DNA from: Paraspadella gotoi
Taxonomy: Eukaryota; Animalia; Chaetognatha
DNA length: 64,000 nt
Assembly (NCBI GenBank): GCA_051294375.1
Contig: CM119268.1
Location: forward strand, 20,663,266-20,727,265
Reading direction: 5' to 3'
Position numbers and translations under genes: made by a program. Positions 51,798-64,000 of this stretch are shown here, one piece after another (the first letter of the stretch is position 1; every line of letters begins with the position of its first letter). Below the pieces are notes generated by a model. That model was not told the DNA's origin. It worked only from the letters and a program-made list of their open reading frames with translations, and searched no databases.

Positions 51798-54700
51798 TTT
51801 TTCTTACCCATTCTCATTGAGAATAATGGTTTTGCATAGAAAATCAAAACATCAAAAAATCGAAAAGCTGATTTTTTTTACAATTGCTAAATTTTTTTTC
51901 TAACTCAAAATCCATTGTTGTCAAATTTCAAAATAATTTTTTTCAAAATCATTCAAAAATTTTTTTTTATTAATTTAAAATGTTTCATATGATGATGTTT
52001 TTGCTAGAAAAAGAATTGAAAAAAAGGGAAAAATATAGTAATTATGTAAGGTTTTTGAAGATGACTCTAAAATATTAGATTATTAGATACAAGGGGAGAA
52101 AGCAGAGAAAACTTCCTATTCATAAAAAAATTGAAAATGAATTGCTATTCAGATTAATTGACTATTATAAGCTAATAATTCATATAAATTGAGGAAATAA
52201 TGGATAAAAAATATTCATCTTAGTCTCGGTTAACTTTTAAGTTATCGTTATAGTTTCGTTTTAATAATATTAATATTTCTTTTGCATTTATAAAAGCAAT
52301 GGTGTTAAATTTTGTAAGTGTTTCGAGCTATATTGCTTCATATTTTTTTCTATTTTTGATCTAGTTAGTAACAGCCAATTAATTTGACTCAGAAACAACT
52401 TTAAAGGGACAAAATCAGCCTGAGAGCTTTTCGCCACCTTATTTTTCATTGTGTCATAAAAGAAAGAAAATTTAAAGCCTTAAGGAATGCGATGGAAATT
52501 AAAAGGGCGTTTGTTATCCTTCGTTTCCACCATCGGATTCTTATTGCCGTTGATTCCATCTGTTCTATTGGTTCCATCTGTTCGGTTTTTTCCGTCTGCT
52601 TCATCATTGAAGAAACGATTAAGTTTATCTGTTCTGCAATCTTATTCTATCAACACAATTCGATCCATTTATGCCTATGATAAAAGATGGCAACAGTTCC
52701 ATCTATTTCAATTATGCCATTGGCTTTTTTCGTCGTCATTTGTCTTCTCTCCACCTGATAGTTTCAGTTTATAATTTTTGACGGCCGGACGAGGGTAATG
52801 GAGAGAGAGAAAGAGAGAGAGAGAGAGAGATTTTAAGGAAGCGCAAGTGGGGAAGCTGACTAGCCGTTAACTTTTCACTTTAAACCCCCTTAGTAACTAA
52901 ATGTAGACGTGGCCTGTTGTTTTAGAGATACCAGCTTTCGTTTTTCCAACGCACACCAATGCGTTTACGCCTCCTACACTTTCCCGCAGGGATAGTTACG
53001 TGGTTTGGAGATTGTAACCTGGGGGATGATACCCCCAAGTGTACCCTGGTCAGAGTGGAATGTGCCAACTCCAATTGATAGCACACGTTTTCGATCCCAG
53101 GACTTGTATGCGAGTTTCAGAGAGTGCGTGCGGAGTGAACCTGCATGCCCGACAACTACAGATGGAAGAGAAGTAGACGAGAAGAGAGAGTATGAGATAT
53201 TATTTAATTTGTCACCCCTTAATTATCGGATGAGATGTGATTCCCCCGGGAGATGCAATGATGATTGGTAACTGCAAAACTTTTACTACCTAAACCTCTA
53301 TGCTTCTATATAACATTCCAACCAAATTACGTAAATAAAGACAACAACGAAGAAGAGGGGTTGGAAAATAAAGACTACAACTACAACGACGACGACGACG
53401 ACAGCGACAACGACGACAACGACGACGACGACGGCGACAACGACGACGACAACGACGTTTACTCATCGGCGAAGACTTTGAAACGAGTCTCGTCATTACG
53501 AGGGACAAAGTATTAATTATTGTTGGACAAAGAAAAAAAATGACATTGCGAAGATTTTTTTCCGACTGAAAAGAAGGAGCAGAAAAGAAGGAGCAGAAGA
53601 GGAAGAAGTGAGGAAGGGAGAAGTGTAGGAGCTGGAAATGGTGGGGAGGGGACGAGGAGCAGGAGCGGGAGAAGTGATAGAGCAGTGATAAAGCGTCAGA
53701 GTAGACTAGCACGAGCAATGAATGAGAGAATTGGAGGAGAAGGATCGGAGTATGTGGTGCAGGAGGAGATCCTATGATGGGTTAGAGGTGCTGGAGTAGA
53801 AGAGGAGGAGCAGGAGCGAGGGAAAAGGAGCGAGGGAGAAGGAGGAGCAGATTATTGGCGATCGACTCCGTCGTGGAAAATCATTAACGACGGAAGAAGA
53901 AGACGATTAAGCGAGGGATTTTTAGAGGCGAGAAAAAAAAGGGGAAAAGACTGGCATAAAAGACTGGCAAAGATTGAAAGACTGGCAAAGAAAAGACTCT
54001 GAAGACTGGCAGGAAAGACTGGCAAAGATTGAAAGACTGGCAAAGAAAGGAATCGAACGAGTGGTATGAAAGGATTTCCAAAACAGATCAAATCTATAAA
54101 AAGGAAAAAAATTAAAAAAGAGAATCTAATTTTGTCGATTTCTGTAGCGAAATTTCATTTATTTTTTATTTTTTTATAAAATCCATCAAGTATAAATTTA
54201 ATCTAAACGTTTTAAGAGAAATTGTCATTAGTTTATTTTTTTGAAAAACTAAAATTGTACCGAAATTTTGGCGTAAACGGACGCCTCTGTCTGTACAAAC
54301 TACAAAGTGTACATCCCAATATATCCTCGGACAGAAGGTAGAATATAATTTCACTCACTTGACTTGGGATGAATGTTTACCTCCGGATAATTATCATAAA
54401 ATTATGAGTTTAAAAAAAGAAATAGAATCAAAAAATAACCAAACAACAAAAGACTCGTAAAACGCACAACGAAAAAGAGGAAAAAATCGGTGGCAAATCG
54501 AATTAGCGTGGCGGTCATGAAAAGGGAATTGATTCTGTCGGAACCAAATAAAAAAAAAANNNNNNNNNNNNNNNNNNNNNNNNNCCATTTTCGGGTCAAT
54601 CTTACGATATCATAATTCCCGAATTCCACCCTCCATCTTTTCCCTGGAATCTTCTCTCTATATTCTGATTTCTAATATCTCCACTCTCCATGCTCTCTTC

Positions 54701-54815
54701 CTTCCCCTTCTCTCCCTCTCCCTCTCTCTCTCTCTCGTTCTCTCTCTCTCTGCTCGTCCTCGCGCTCCTCTCTCTCTCTCCTCTACATCTCTCCTCTCTC
54801 TACTCCTCTCGCTCT

Positions 54816-54855
<40 letters not shown>

Positions 54856-55441
54856 CTCCGCCTTTTGATCGCCGGCCACAAAATTAATTCTCATTCATAG
54901 AGAATCGTCGTCTCTAATTGGAAAACAAAGCGCATCGGAGGAGGCAGGTCATTCAAATGGGATTGAAAGAACGCAATCAAGCGAGACAAGAGAAGAGGAG
55001 AGAGAGAGAGAGAGGGGAGGGAGTGCAGCAGGAGTAATAGAGAGACGAGGGGCGAGGAGCAGGCATGAAGAGGAGAGAGAGCGAGACGGAGAGAGAGGCA
55101 GAGAGACGCAAGAAAGCGAGGGGGATACGATTACGGATTGAAAGAGATGCGAATGATTAAAACGAGTGAAGGTCAGAGATAGGCGTCTGACTGACGTTGG
55201 GACCGACAGACATTGGGACAGAAAGACGAAGACAGATGTTCTGTCACAGGATGAATGTAGGATAGAGACAAAGAACCATAAAAGGATCGAGGGAAAGAGA
55301 GTGAGAGACAGAGTGACCAGCGAGATAATCATAAAAGTCGATGAAAATAAAAGACTCATTCTTGTTTTTCAAAAGATTTTTTCTCATTGTGACGAAGAGA
55401 GAAAAGATTCATGGAATTTTTTTTCCTATGAATAAAAATAG

Positions 55442-55617
55442 ATCGAGAGAATCGGCCGGCGGCGGCGGCGGCTGCGGAGAAGGCGGCTGCGGTGGCGGCG
55501 GCTGCGGAGGCGGCGGCGGCGGCGGTGACGGCATCAACGACAAAAAACTTCGCGCCGAAGATGGAAAAAGTTTTAAAAGTTTTTTCTTTAATCGTCCAAG
55601 ATGATGTTAGCGTGTAA
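55442..55617 (+). CDS. Candidate Ala-rich terminal exon (noisy duplicate at 55835-56005)
   Basis: aatag| acceptor, reads RENRPAAAAAAEKAAAVAAAAEAAAAAVTASTTKNFAPKMEKVLKVFSLIVQDDVSV*. The (GCG)n tract is open in several frames, so frame and strand are uncertain. Confidence 0.2.
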
Positions 55618-55776
55618 AGACAAGGAAAGACATACAAGACATGCAACGATAAGAAAAGACATTCAAAGACAGGAAACATGAGAAAAATTATATTTAAACA
55701 ATTTTGAGATAGTAATTACACAATGACAGCCTCTTCATGCTTGATCGTAAATCAGTTTCAAATCTAATAACCGATC

Positions 55777-55809
<33 letters not shown>

Positions 55810-57475
55810 NNNNNNNNNNNNNNNNNNNNNNNNNTCGAGAGAATCGGCCGGCGGCGGCGGCGGCTGCGGAGAGGCGGCTGCGGTGGCGGTGGCTGCGGAG
55901 GCGGCGGCGGCGGCGGTGACGCAATCACGACAAAAACTTCGCGCCGAAGATGGAAAAAGTTTTTAAAGTTTTTCTTTAATCGTCCCAAGATGATGTAGCG
56001 TGTAAAAGACAAGGAAAGAACATACAAAGACATGCAACGATAAGAAAAGACATTCAAAGACAGGAAACATGAGAAAAATTATATTTAAACAATTTTGAGA
56101 TAGTAATTACACAATGACAGCCTCTTCATGCTTGATTCGTAAATCAGTTTCAAAATCTAATAACGATCTCTCTCTCTCCCTCTCTCTCTCTCTCTTCTCT
56201 CTCCTGTCTCTCGCTCTCTTCTCTCTCTCTCTCTCTCTCTCTCATCTCTCTCTCCGCTCTCTCTCTCCTCTCTTTTTCCTCTCTTTCCCAACAGTAATTC
56301 AGAATTCGTTCAAGTACAATGTTAACTTTGCTCCTCCCATTTTTCTCTTCCTTCTCTTCGGAATCAATCAATTTCTCACGAGAAAATAAAATAAACAGAA
56401 AGAAAAAAAGAAAAAGAAAAAAAAGTTTGCATCGAAAACAAGAAAAAAAACCTTTGCGGATTGAAAGAGAGAAAGAGAGAGANNNNNNNNNNGAGAGAGA
56501 AAAGAAAAAGAAAAATCAACTAGTTCATGCTTCTACGCCTCAGTGACGTTCTTGCGTCGACTTATCTCCCGATCATCATGTAATTATACTAATATAAAAC
56601 CTATTACTTATAAGCAACTTATTGTTTATTATGTTTTATCTGTAAATTATTGACAGAAATAACCAAGTTTGACGTGACCGCAACCTTACCTTTCCGCTAA
56701 GTATTAATTAAAATGATTTAGAATCATATGAATTACACAAGTATGCACACATATATATAACCCTACTACCAATGTATAAATCAAAAGAATAGATTGAATT
56801 AAAAGATAAGTGAGATAGACCAATGGATTGACATACCGACCCACAGACCCACAGACCCACAGACCCACAGACCCACAGACCGACCCACAGACCGACCAAA
56901 AAAGCGACTTATAGTGTTGCTCCGCTTGTACTCGCGGCACAACTAAAAAAATGTTTGCATAATTCAAAGAATCGATCGACGACGTCGATGCTTGAACAAT
57001 GAAATTATTTCCTCAGGGGAAAAATTCAATAATAAAAACCGAGAGTTGAGAGAGAGAGAGNNNNNNNNNNNNNNNNNNNNNNNNNNNNNNNNNNNNNNNN
57101 NNNNNNNNNNNNNNNNNNNNNNNNNNNNNNNNNNNNNNNNNNNNNNNNNNNNNNNNNNNNNNNNNNNNNNNNNNNNNNNNNNNNNNNNNNNNNNNNNNNN
57201 NNNNNNNNNNNNNNNNNNNNNNNNNNNNNNNNNNNNNNNNNNNNNNNNNNNNNNNNNNNNNNNNNNNNNNNNNNNNNNNNNNNNNNNNNNNNNNNNNNNN
57301 NNNNNNNNNNAAAGAGAGAGAGAGAGAGAGAAAGAGAAAGAGAAGAGAGAGAGAGGAGAGAGAAGAGCGAGAGAGAGAAAAGAGAAGAGAGGATTCTTGA
57401 TATGATCTTCGTTTTTCTCCTCGTCGTCTTTCATTTCGTCGTCGTCGTCGTCGTCGTCGTTCGTCTCTGTCACAG

Positions 57476-57549
57476 GCGGAATTCACGGGGGCAAAGGAAG
57501 TGACCACGTGACCAGTTTATGCCCACAACACGCGATCCATAGTAAGGAG
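57476..57549 (+). CDS. Candidate exon of the tyrosine-motif tail gene (GIHGGKGSDHVTSLCPQHAIHSKE)
   Basis: gtctctgtcacag acceptor; only the phase-1 frame is open. Donor GAG|GTTTCA gives phase 0 matching 57833, while the stronger-looking A|GTAAGG at 57541 would not. Confidence 0.4.
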
Positions 57550-57832
57550 GTTTCAGACCGTACCTGGTTGTCGTTGTCGTCTTTCAGCTTTGTTGTTTTT
57601 GTTGTTGTTGTTGTTATCGTTGTTGTTATCGTTAAGCAATGAAGAATTCTCTTTTCCCCTATCTTCCTCCCTCCCTCCCTCCTCCTCTCTCTCCCTCTCC
57701 TTCTCCCTTCCTCCCTCCCTCCTCCTTTCCCTCCCTCTTTCTCCCTCTCCTTCTCCCTCTCCCTTCCTGCCTCCCTCCTCCTCTCCCTCCCTCTTTCTCC
57801 CTCATCCACTCCACCTCCCCTCTCTCCCCCAG

Positions 57833-58019
57833 GCCTACCAGGATTCCTGTGGCATTCCCGGCGCCGCTCATCACCGCGTCGCCGGCTTACATCCGGGATC
57901 CGGCGCCGGCGTCTTACATCCCGGATGCGGCGCCATCTTAGAACCGCACTCGGGTTTGATGGAGCACCCCAGCACCATGGCCATCAATAAAAACAAACCC
58001 GTTGGATTCCGAGGCTGGG
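57833..58019 (+). CDS. Internal exon of a gene with a low-complexity, probably cytoplasmic region
   Basis: Long pyrimidine tract then CCCCCAG, G|GTGAGA donor. Reads AYQDSCGIPGAAHHRVAGLHPGSGAGVLHPGCGAILEPHSGLMEHPSTMAINKNKPVGFRGW. Phase 1 end matches 60400. Confidence 0.65.
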
Positions 58020-58271
58020 GTGAGAAGGAATGGGGGAGAGGGGGGATTGCAGAGTGAGAGGAAAACAAGTGAAGAGAAGAGAGAGAGAGAGAGAAGAAGA
58101 GAAGAGAGAGAGAGAGAGAGAGAGAGAAGAAGAGAAGAGGGAAGAAGGAATAGAGGAGAGAGAGAGAAATAATTTTATTGGCCTCTTAAGGCGTTGCATC
58201 TATTTTGGACACGTTTGTCCCCTTCTGTTCACGGTATCCTCTCTCTCTCTCTCTCTCTCCTCTCTCTCTCG

Positions 58272-58304
<33 letters not shown>

Positions 58305-60399
58305 CTTCTCTTTCTCTCTCTCTGTCTCAGTGAAACGAGAATGACCAAACTTTTTTTTCTGGACGTCCACTGTTTACTCTCTTCTCTGATGATTAGATGC
58401 AACCGCATGGAGCGGACGGCAGGGTGGTCTGGCCAACTGCAAGAAAACGCGTTGCATTGCAAATATAAAGTTTGGCTGAGCGGATGTAGAAAATAAACGT
58501 TGTAGCCAAAATAAGTGAGATGCCAAAACACATTTGACGTTGTGCTATTTATGACAAGTTGAGAAAAGACATCAAATTCAACACAGAAGAACAAGAGAGT
58601 CAGTTTTTTTGTTTGTAGAAAATGTTTCCATATCTAAATTCGAATATAAGTTAATTTATGATATTGCTCACATTCGAATCATAGAATGGAATAATTTCAA
58701 TAAAATAAACTGAAATAAAAATATATGATAATAAAATAAATTCTTTTCGAAAAGAAAAAAAAAACATGAAATAGTTTTGAGACTTTTACGAAACTTCGAG
58801 TTGAGCAATAAAATAAATTCCATGTCACTTTTACCTAAAAAAATCTTTTTCGATAAAAAAAGTTATTTACTTTTTGCGAGGTTTATGAAAAGAATTTTAT
58901 GGCCAAATCAAAATCGTGAGTTGGTGATAAAAAGAAGGAGAAAAAAAATGTTTTTTTCACAAACTTCGAATTTCACATTCGTGAGAATAAAAAAAGGTTT
59001 ATTTCGGATTTGAACTCGAAACTTCTTGGACCATGATCTAGGACCGGATTATTTTTTTGAGTTATCTTTAGGGTGATATAATGTTATAATGTTATTAGTT
59101 AAAATGTTTGAAAAAATCTCGTAAATCATTTCTTATTTAAAAATCTTAAAAGTATAGTGATCTCGCCAGAAAATTAATGAAAAAATCCGGAGAAAAAAAG
59201 AGAAGTCCAGCTGCTGCAGAGCTGAACTCGTTTTTAGACAAATCAGAAGAGGCAGCGCCTGACAAAAAGAGAAAGAGAAAAAGATACAATTTAAAGAAAT
59301 AAAAGAAAGACAAAAAAAATATTACAAATATAAAGTATAAATTTTTTTCTGTTTAATCATCATCATCATTATTAATATCTTTTAAAATCACATGTTTCAT
59401 ATTGATTCAAATATTTTTTGTTTTAATTTCTACTTCATTATAATTTTTTTTAATATGCAAATTAAAACTTAATATACTTGTGAAATAACTTGGTATTTTT
59501 CACGCTCGTGATATCTAACGTTCCATCGTTGTCCGTCCCTTGAAAGTCTGACGTAGGTTTTCATGAATTTTTTCCGCTGAATATTGAGTAAAATGATGAA
59601 TGAAAAGTAGAGATAAAAGTTTAGTAACTTATATTTTACATAAAATGTCCACAAAAATCCTATAAAACTCAAGTTCAGGATGGGCAATGCTACTTTTAGT
59701 AAGGCAAAAAATGGAACTAAATATTTCTATAGTCTCTTCAAATGACGACAAAAGAATCACAAATACCGACGAAATACTAAACAGTAAATAATTTGGCCGA
59801 ACGCGTAAGGACAACTAAGGTACGGTCAAAATAAGACTTCGGCCGAGAGAGAAATTACTAAGGCGAGGCATAATATTTAACAATACTATATACTAATTTG
59901 ATATTGTAGTAAGTACTATATTCTGATTTGCATATTGCAGTAAATAATAATAAAGTAGAAATTCAAATAAAAAATACTTGAATCAATATAAAACCAAAAA
60001 AATGGATACACATTTAACATTTTAACTGCCTCACCAATGGAACTTGATAACTAAATACATGGTTTGGTAGTTAAACCAAAAACCTGCAAAAAAAGATAGA
60101 AATTGTTTATTATTAGTTTAATGGCTACTTAAGAGAAGTGGCAAGCGAGAATAGGAGAGTGATTCAACCTGGACTATAGTGCTATAATAGTCATTTTTCC
60201 CCTTTCCTCCTCTTTCCTCCTCTTTTCCCCCTTTTCTTTCCATTTCCTCCCTTTTTCTATCCTTTCCTCCCTTTTTCTCTCCTTTCCTCCTCTTTCCTCC
60301 CTTTTCCTTCCCTTCCCTCCCCTTTTCCCCCTTTTTTTCCCTTTCCTCCCCCTCTCTCCCCTTTCCTCCCCAAACCCTAGACCCTCGTCTCTCTCTCAG

Positions 60400-60863
60400 A
60401 TCCCCTCTGCGCCTCTCACCTCCTTCCGCCCGACGTTGACGTGGATCCCGCCCACCTCCCCACCCTCTACGCCACGTCGGACGCCTCCCTTTACGCCACG
60501 GGAGATCCGACGGCCGCCCCACTTTACGTAAGCAGCGACGGCGCCGCTCCGTCGCTCTACGCGGGATCCTCGGTAGGCGCGCCGCTATACGCCACGTCCG
60601 GTGGCGCCGCCTCTCTCTTCGCCGGAGGCGTCGGCGTCAATTCTCACAATGACGCCGGTTTCGTCGATTCGCCGGAAATGACGCCGGGCTACGGGGCGGC
60701 GGCAGCGGTGTCAGCGGCGGCGTCGACCCGCGTGGCGACACCGGTGGCGGCCGTGGCGCCGGTTTACGCCACGTTGCGCGTCAACAGATCGGCGAGAAGT
60801 TTGGGAGGAGGAGGAGGAGGAGGAGGAGGAAGAGAGATGAACGAGTTCGGAAAGGTGAGTTGA
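60400..60863 (+). CDS. Exon encoding an Ala/Gly-rich tail with repeated LYA/LYV/VYA motifs (ends at stop 60863 or splices at 60854)
   Basis: CTCTCTCAG acceptor after a ~200-nt pyrimidine tract, high GC3. Reads (D)PLCASHLLPPDVDVDPAHLPTLYATSDASLYATGDPTAAPLYVSSDGAAPSLYAGSSVGAPLYATSGG...APVYATLRVNRS...EMNEFGK|VS*. Confidence 0.75.
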
Positions 60864-61850
60864 AAAATGAGAAGAGGATGAAGAAAGGGTGAGTAAGAAT
60901 GGATCTTTACTCTTGAGGAAAGTTAGTTTAACAAGGGATAATTTTTTTTTATTGAACAAGGGATATTTCGAGATTAAGTGACCGGTTGGCATAAAGCTAA
61001 TTTAAAAATATTTAAACGGCGATTAAAATCTCTCATTCGCGAGTTTCTTAAATATACTATATATTATTATCTAAAAATCAATTAATATACGGTTTAGTCA
61101 ATACTCTATATGATTTTATAAAAAATAAATTAGGAAAATAAGCCACCAAAAGAAAAATCCCTAATATTAACAAAATGTGAATATTTGCCAAACAGCTCAA
61201 CGGACTCAATTTCAAAACAAATCAGTTTTAAGTGACTTAAAAATTCCTCTTCAAAATCAGCGTCTCTTTTCGCTCCTCCGAAAATCTGAATCTCAGTCCC
61301 CCCCCCCAAAAAAAACACAGTTTTTAGAGACTCTTTCCTCTCCTGTTTCTTCTGTTTTCTCTGTTTCTTCTGTCCCCTCAACAATTAACTGCCAAACAGT
61401 AGAGGAAAAACTGCCAAACTTTGTCGAAACCTTCTGTCTGGAATTTTCTTCTTTAGCCCCCTCCTCATCTTTTTAGGCCATAAAAATGGCGTGTGAAAAG
61501 AAGAAAGAGAGAGAGAGANNNNNNNNNNNNNNNNNNNNNNNNNNNNNNNNNNNNNNNNNNNNNNNNNNNNNNNNNNNNNNNNNNNNNNNNNNNNNNNNNN
61601 NNNNNNNNNNNNNNNNNNNNNNNNNNNNNNNNNNNNNNNNNNNNNNNNNNNNNNNNNNNNNNNNNNNNNNNNNNNNNNNNNNNNNNNNNNNNNNNNNNNN
61701 NNNNNNNNNNNNNNNNNNNNNNNNNNNNNNNNNNNNNNNNNNNNNNNNNNNNNNNNNNNNNNNNNNNNNNNNNNNNNNNNNNNNNNNNNNNNNNNNNNNN
61801 NNNNNNNNNNNNNNNNNNNNNNNNNNNNNNNNNNNNNNNNNNNNNNNNNN

Positions 61851-61886
<36 letters not shown>

Positions 61887-62285
61887 CAAACAGAAAAATT
61901 ATTCAGATATGGAACTTTTTACCGATGATTTTTATGAAACGCTCATATTTATTCTTTTGTTCGGAAAAGATTTTAAAATTTAAATTTTAACAAAAATAGA
62001 ACTAAAAATAAAAAAGGAAAATTTTGTGTAGGTAATTATTTGGTTGTTGTCATTATTTGTAATTTTTATTTTATTTTAAAATGATGAACTAAAAAAAAAA
62101 AATATTTTGAGTTTTTTATTTGCAAATAAAATCCGACGAAAATAACGATTCTCTTTTTCTAAAGATTCGCCAAGATTCTCCTAGATTCTCCTAGATTCTC
62201 CGAAATTTTCTCCAAGAGACTCTACGGATTCGTGTAGAGTGTCTTTCTACAGCATGGTTCAACATAGTCCTTCTCAACATCTTGC

Positions 62286-63080
62286 AACAGCACCTCCATC
62301 CCTCTTTCTCCATCAGACGAACTCCCGCAGCACCTCCATCCCCACTTTCCGCCATCAGACGAACTCTCCCAGCACCTCCATTCCCTCTTTCTCCATCCAG
62401 ACGGAAGCTTCCCGCAGCCCTCCAATCCGCCTCCTTTCTCCATCAGACGAACTGCTCCCAGCACGGCTCCATGCCTTCTTGCTCTGCATCAGACGAACTC
62501 TCGCAAGCACCTCCATCCCTCTTCTCGGCTATCATGACGTTAACTTCCCCAGCACCTCCATTCCCTCTTTCTCCCATCAGACGAACTTCTCCCAGGCAGC
62601 CTGCCATCCCTTCTTTCTCCATCAGAACGAACTCTCCCCAGCAACCTCCATCCCTCTCTTTCTTCCATCAGACCGAACTCTCGCAGCGCCTCCATCGCCT
62701 CTTTCTCCATCAGACGAACTCCCGCAGCGTCTCCATCCTCTTTCACCATCAGCACGAACTCCCGGCAGACCTCCATCCCTCTTTCTCCATCAGACGAACT
62801 CCCGACAGCGCCTCCATCCCTCTTTCTCCATCAGACGAACTCCCCAGGCGCCTCTCATCCCTCTTTGTCTCCATCAGACGAACTCCCGCAGCAGCCTTCC
62901 ATCCCTCTTTCTCCATCAGAGTCGAAAACTCTCCCAGCGCCTCCATCCTCTCTTTCTCCATCAGACGAACTATCTCAGCGCCTCCCATCTCTTTTCGTCG
63001 TTTCTCCATCAGACGAACTCTTCGCCAGCCGCTGCCTCCATCCTCTTTCTCCATCAGACGAACTCTCCCAGCGCCTCCAT
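62286..63080 (-). repeat. ~40-bp minisatellite, ~20 copies, matching the last GDH codons and stop codon
   Basis: Minus-strand unit is approximately ATGGAGGCGCTGGGAGAGTTCGTCTGATGGAGAAAGAGG(G), i.e. MEALGEFV* plus the start of the 3' UTR. Copies carry many indels. Confidence 0.9.
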
Positions 63081-63215
63081 AGCGCGAACGACCTTCAAGA
63101 ATCCCGCGACGTTGGCGCCGAATTGATAATCATTGGGTCGACCGAAAGTCTCGGCTGTCGACGAGATTGTCGAGAAGATGGTCTCCATGATCCCCTTCAG
63201 TTTGGATTCCACCTC
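63054..63215 (-). CDS. gdhA: Last coding exon of an NADP-specific-type glutamate dehydrogenase (GDH-1/gdhA family); earlier exons lie beyond the window end
   Basis: ccctcttccag| acceptor, phase 0. EVESKLKGIMETIFSTISSTAETFGRPNDYQFGANVAGFLKVVRAMEALGEFV* matches the EVdxkLxxIM...Y..GANiAGFxKVaxAM..qG C-terminus of E. coli GdhA and fungal/algal NADP-GDH. Confidence 0.88.
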   Translation of the reverse strand, partial: EVESKLKGIMETIFSTISSTAETFGRPNDYQFGANVAGFLKVVRAMEALGEFV

Positions 63216-63284
63216 CTGGAAGAGGGAAGAGCAGGGGGATGTGAGAGTCAAACATTTATAATTAAGTAAGGGAAGGAAGGAATT

Positions 63285-63387
63285 GATTAAAGAAAGGAAG
63301 GAAGGAAGAAAGAAAAGAAAAGAAAAGAAAAGAAAAGAAAAGAAAAGAAAAGAAAAGAAAAGAAAAGAAAAGAAAAGAAAAGAAAAG
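63285..63387. repeat. (GAAG)n/(GAAAA)n microsatellite in the last GDH intron
   Basis: Read directly. Confidence 0.9.
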
Positions 63388-64000
63388 ATCTCTGGCCTAT
63401 CTCAGTAAGTTTGGTCAAAAACTTTAATTGAGCACCTGCTCAAACGAAAATTGATACATTTTTAAAAAATTAAGATAGATTAAGACAATTTTTAAAATGA
63501 CTTTATATCCTATATATTATTTTTTTAATATTTATTTATAGATAGGAATGGCTAAAAGTTTTTTAACGATTTTGTTATTTTAAAGATCGGATTCAGGTAG
63601 CTTGCAAAAAGTTGTCTACACAAAGTATAATTCTTTTTTTGATATTCTGCTCATAAGTGGGTAAAAAATAAGAAAAACTATCAAAAATTATTAATATCAT
63701 CATCTTTCGATAATTTTGTCAGTTTTTATAAATTTTGACCAAGAAAACGTAAGAATTTTTAAAAGTTGTAATTATATTTTTAAACGTAAGAATTTTTAAA
63801 AGTTTTTTTGTTTGTTCTCTATCAGAATCCATCAAAATAATTCTAGATTGATTAAAATTTTTTTTATTATTGTAATATAATAATTTTGAGAGCAACAAGA
63901 AAGGTATTAAAATGGAATTTAAACAAAAAATTATTCTTCTACCTGAAAGTAGACATCAAGACTGAAGTTTTGTACTCCTGCCCCTTTTGATTTTAATTTT

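Noticed and set aside
52990-53090. cag|GIVTWFGDCNLGDDTPKCTLVRV, faintly like a trypsin-family C-terminus (GIVSWG.GC)
   Set aside because: No GDSGGP or other protease exon nearby, the PGVYTRV motif is not matched, and the sequence quality here is doubtful.
62239-63126. 295-aa and 266-aa + strand ORFs with repeated FLHQTN/SIRRTP/SPSDE motifs
   Set aside because: Antisense reading of the 40-bp GDH-end minisatellite; the motifs cycle through frames as expected for a non-triplet unit.

Overview
AT-rich, microsatellite-dense eukaryotic genomic DNA, probably from an invertebrate animal (inference; the taxon cannot be fixed from sequence). It comes from a gapped draft assembly with several stretches that look like uncorrected long-read gap fill. 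Almost all ORFs in the supplied track are artefacts of (GA)n, (CT)n, (GAC)n tracts or N-runs. Three spliced gene pieces can be supported. (1) Four phase-compatible + strand exons (284-8503) encode the C-terminal part of a single-pass, N-glycosylated, probably Ig-like membrane protein. (2) + strand exons at 57.5-60.9 kb encode a low-complexity tail with a run of LYA/VYA tyrosine motifs. (3) The last coding exon of an NADP-type (gdhA/GDH-1 family) glutamate dehydrogenase lies on the - strand at 63054-63215, and its final codons plus stop codon are amplified into a ~40-bp minisatellite. Mobile DNA includes several DINE-1/HINE-like Helentron derivatives, a tRNA-headed SINE nested in one of them, a mariner-type MITE, decayed Penelope-like fragments, and a perfect 75-bp inverted repeat carrying a Penelope-type minimal hammerhead ribozyme motif. 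Most exact 25-N gaps adjoin indel-rich duplicated sequence, so the large duplications are probably assembly artefacts. No rRNA, intact tRNA or CRISPR array was seen, and no clearly new multi-gene system could be demonstrated.
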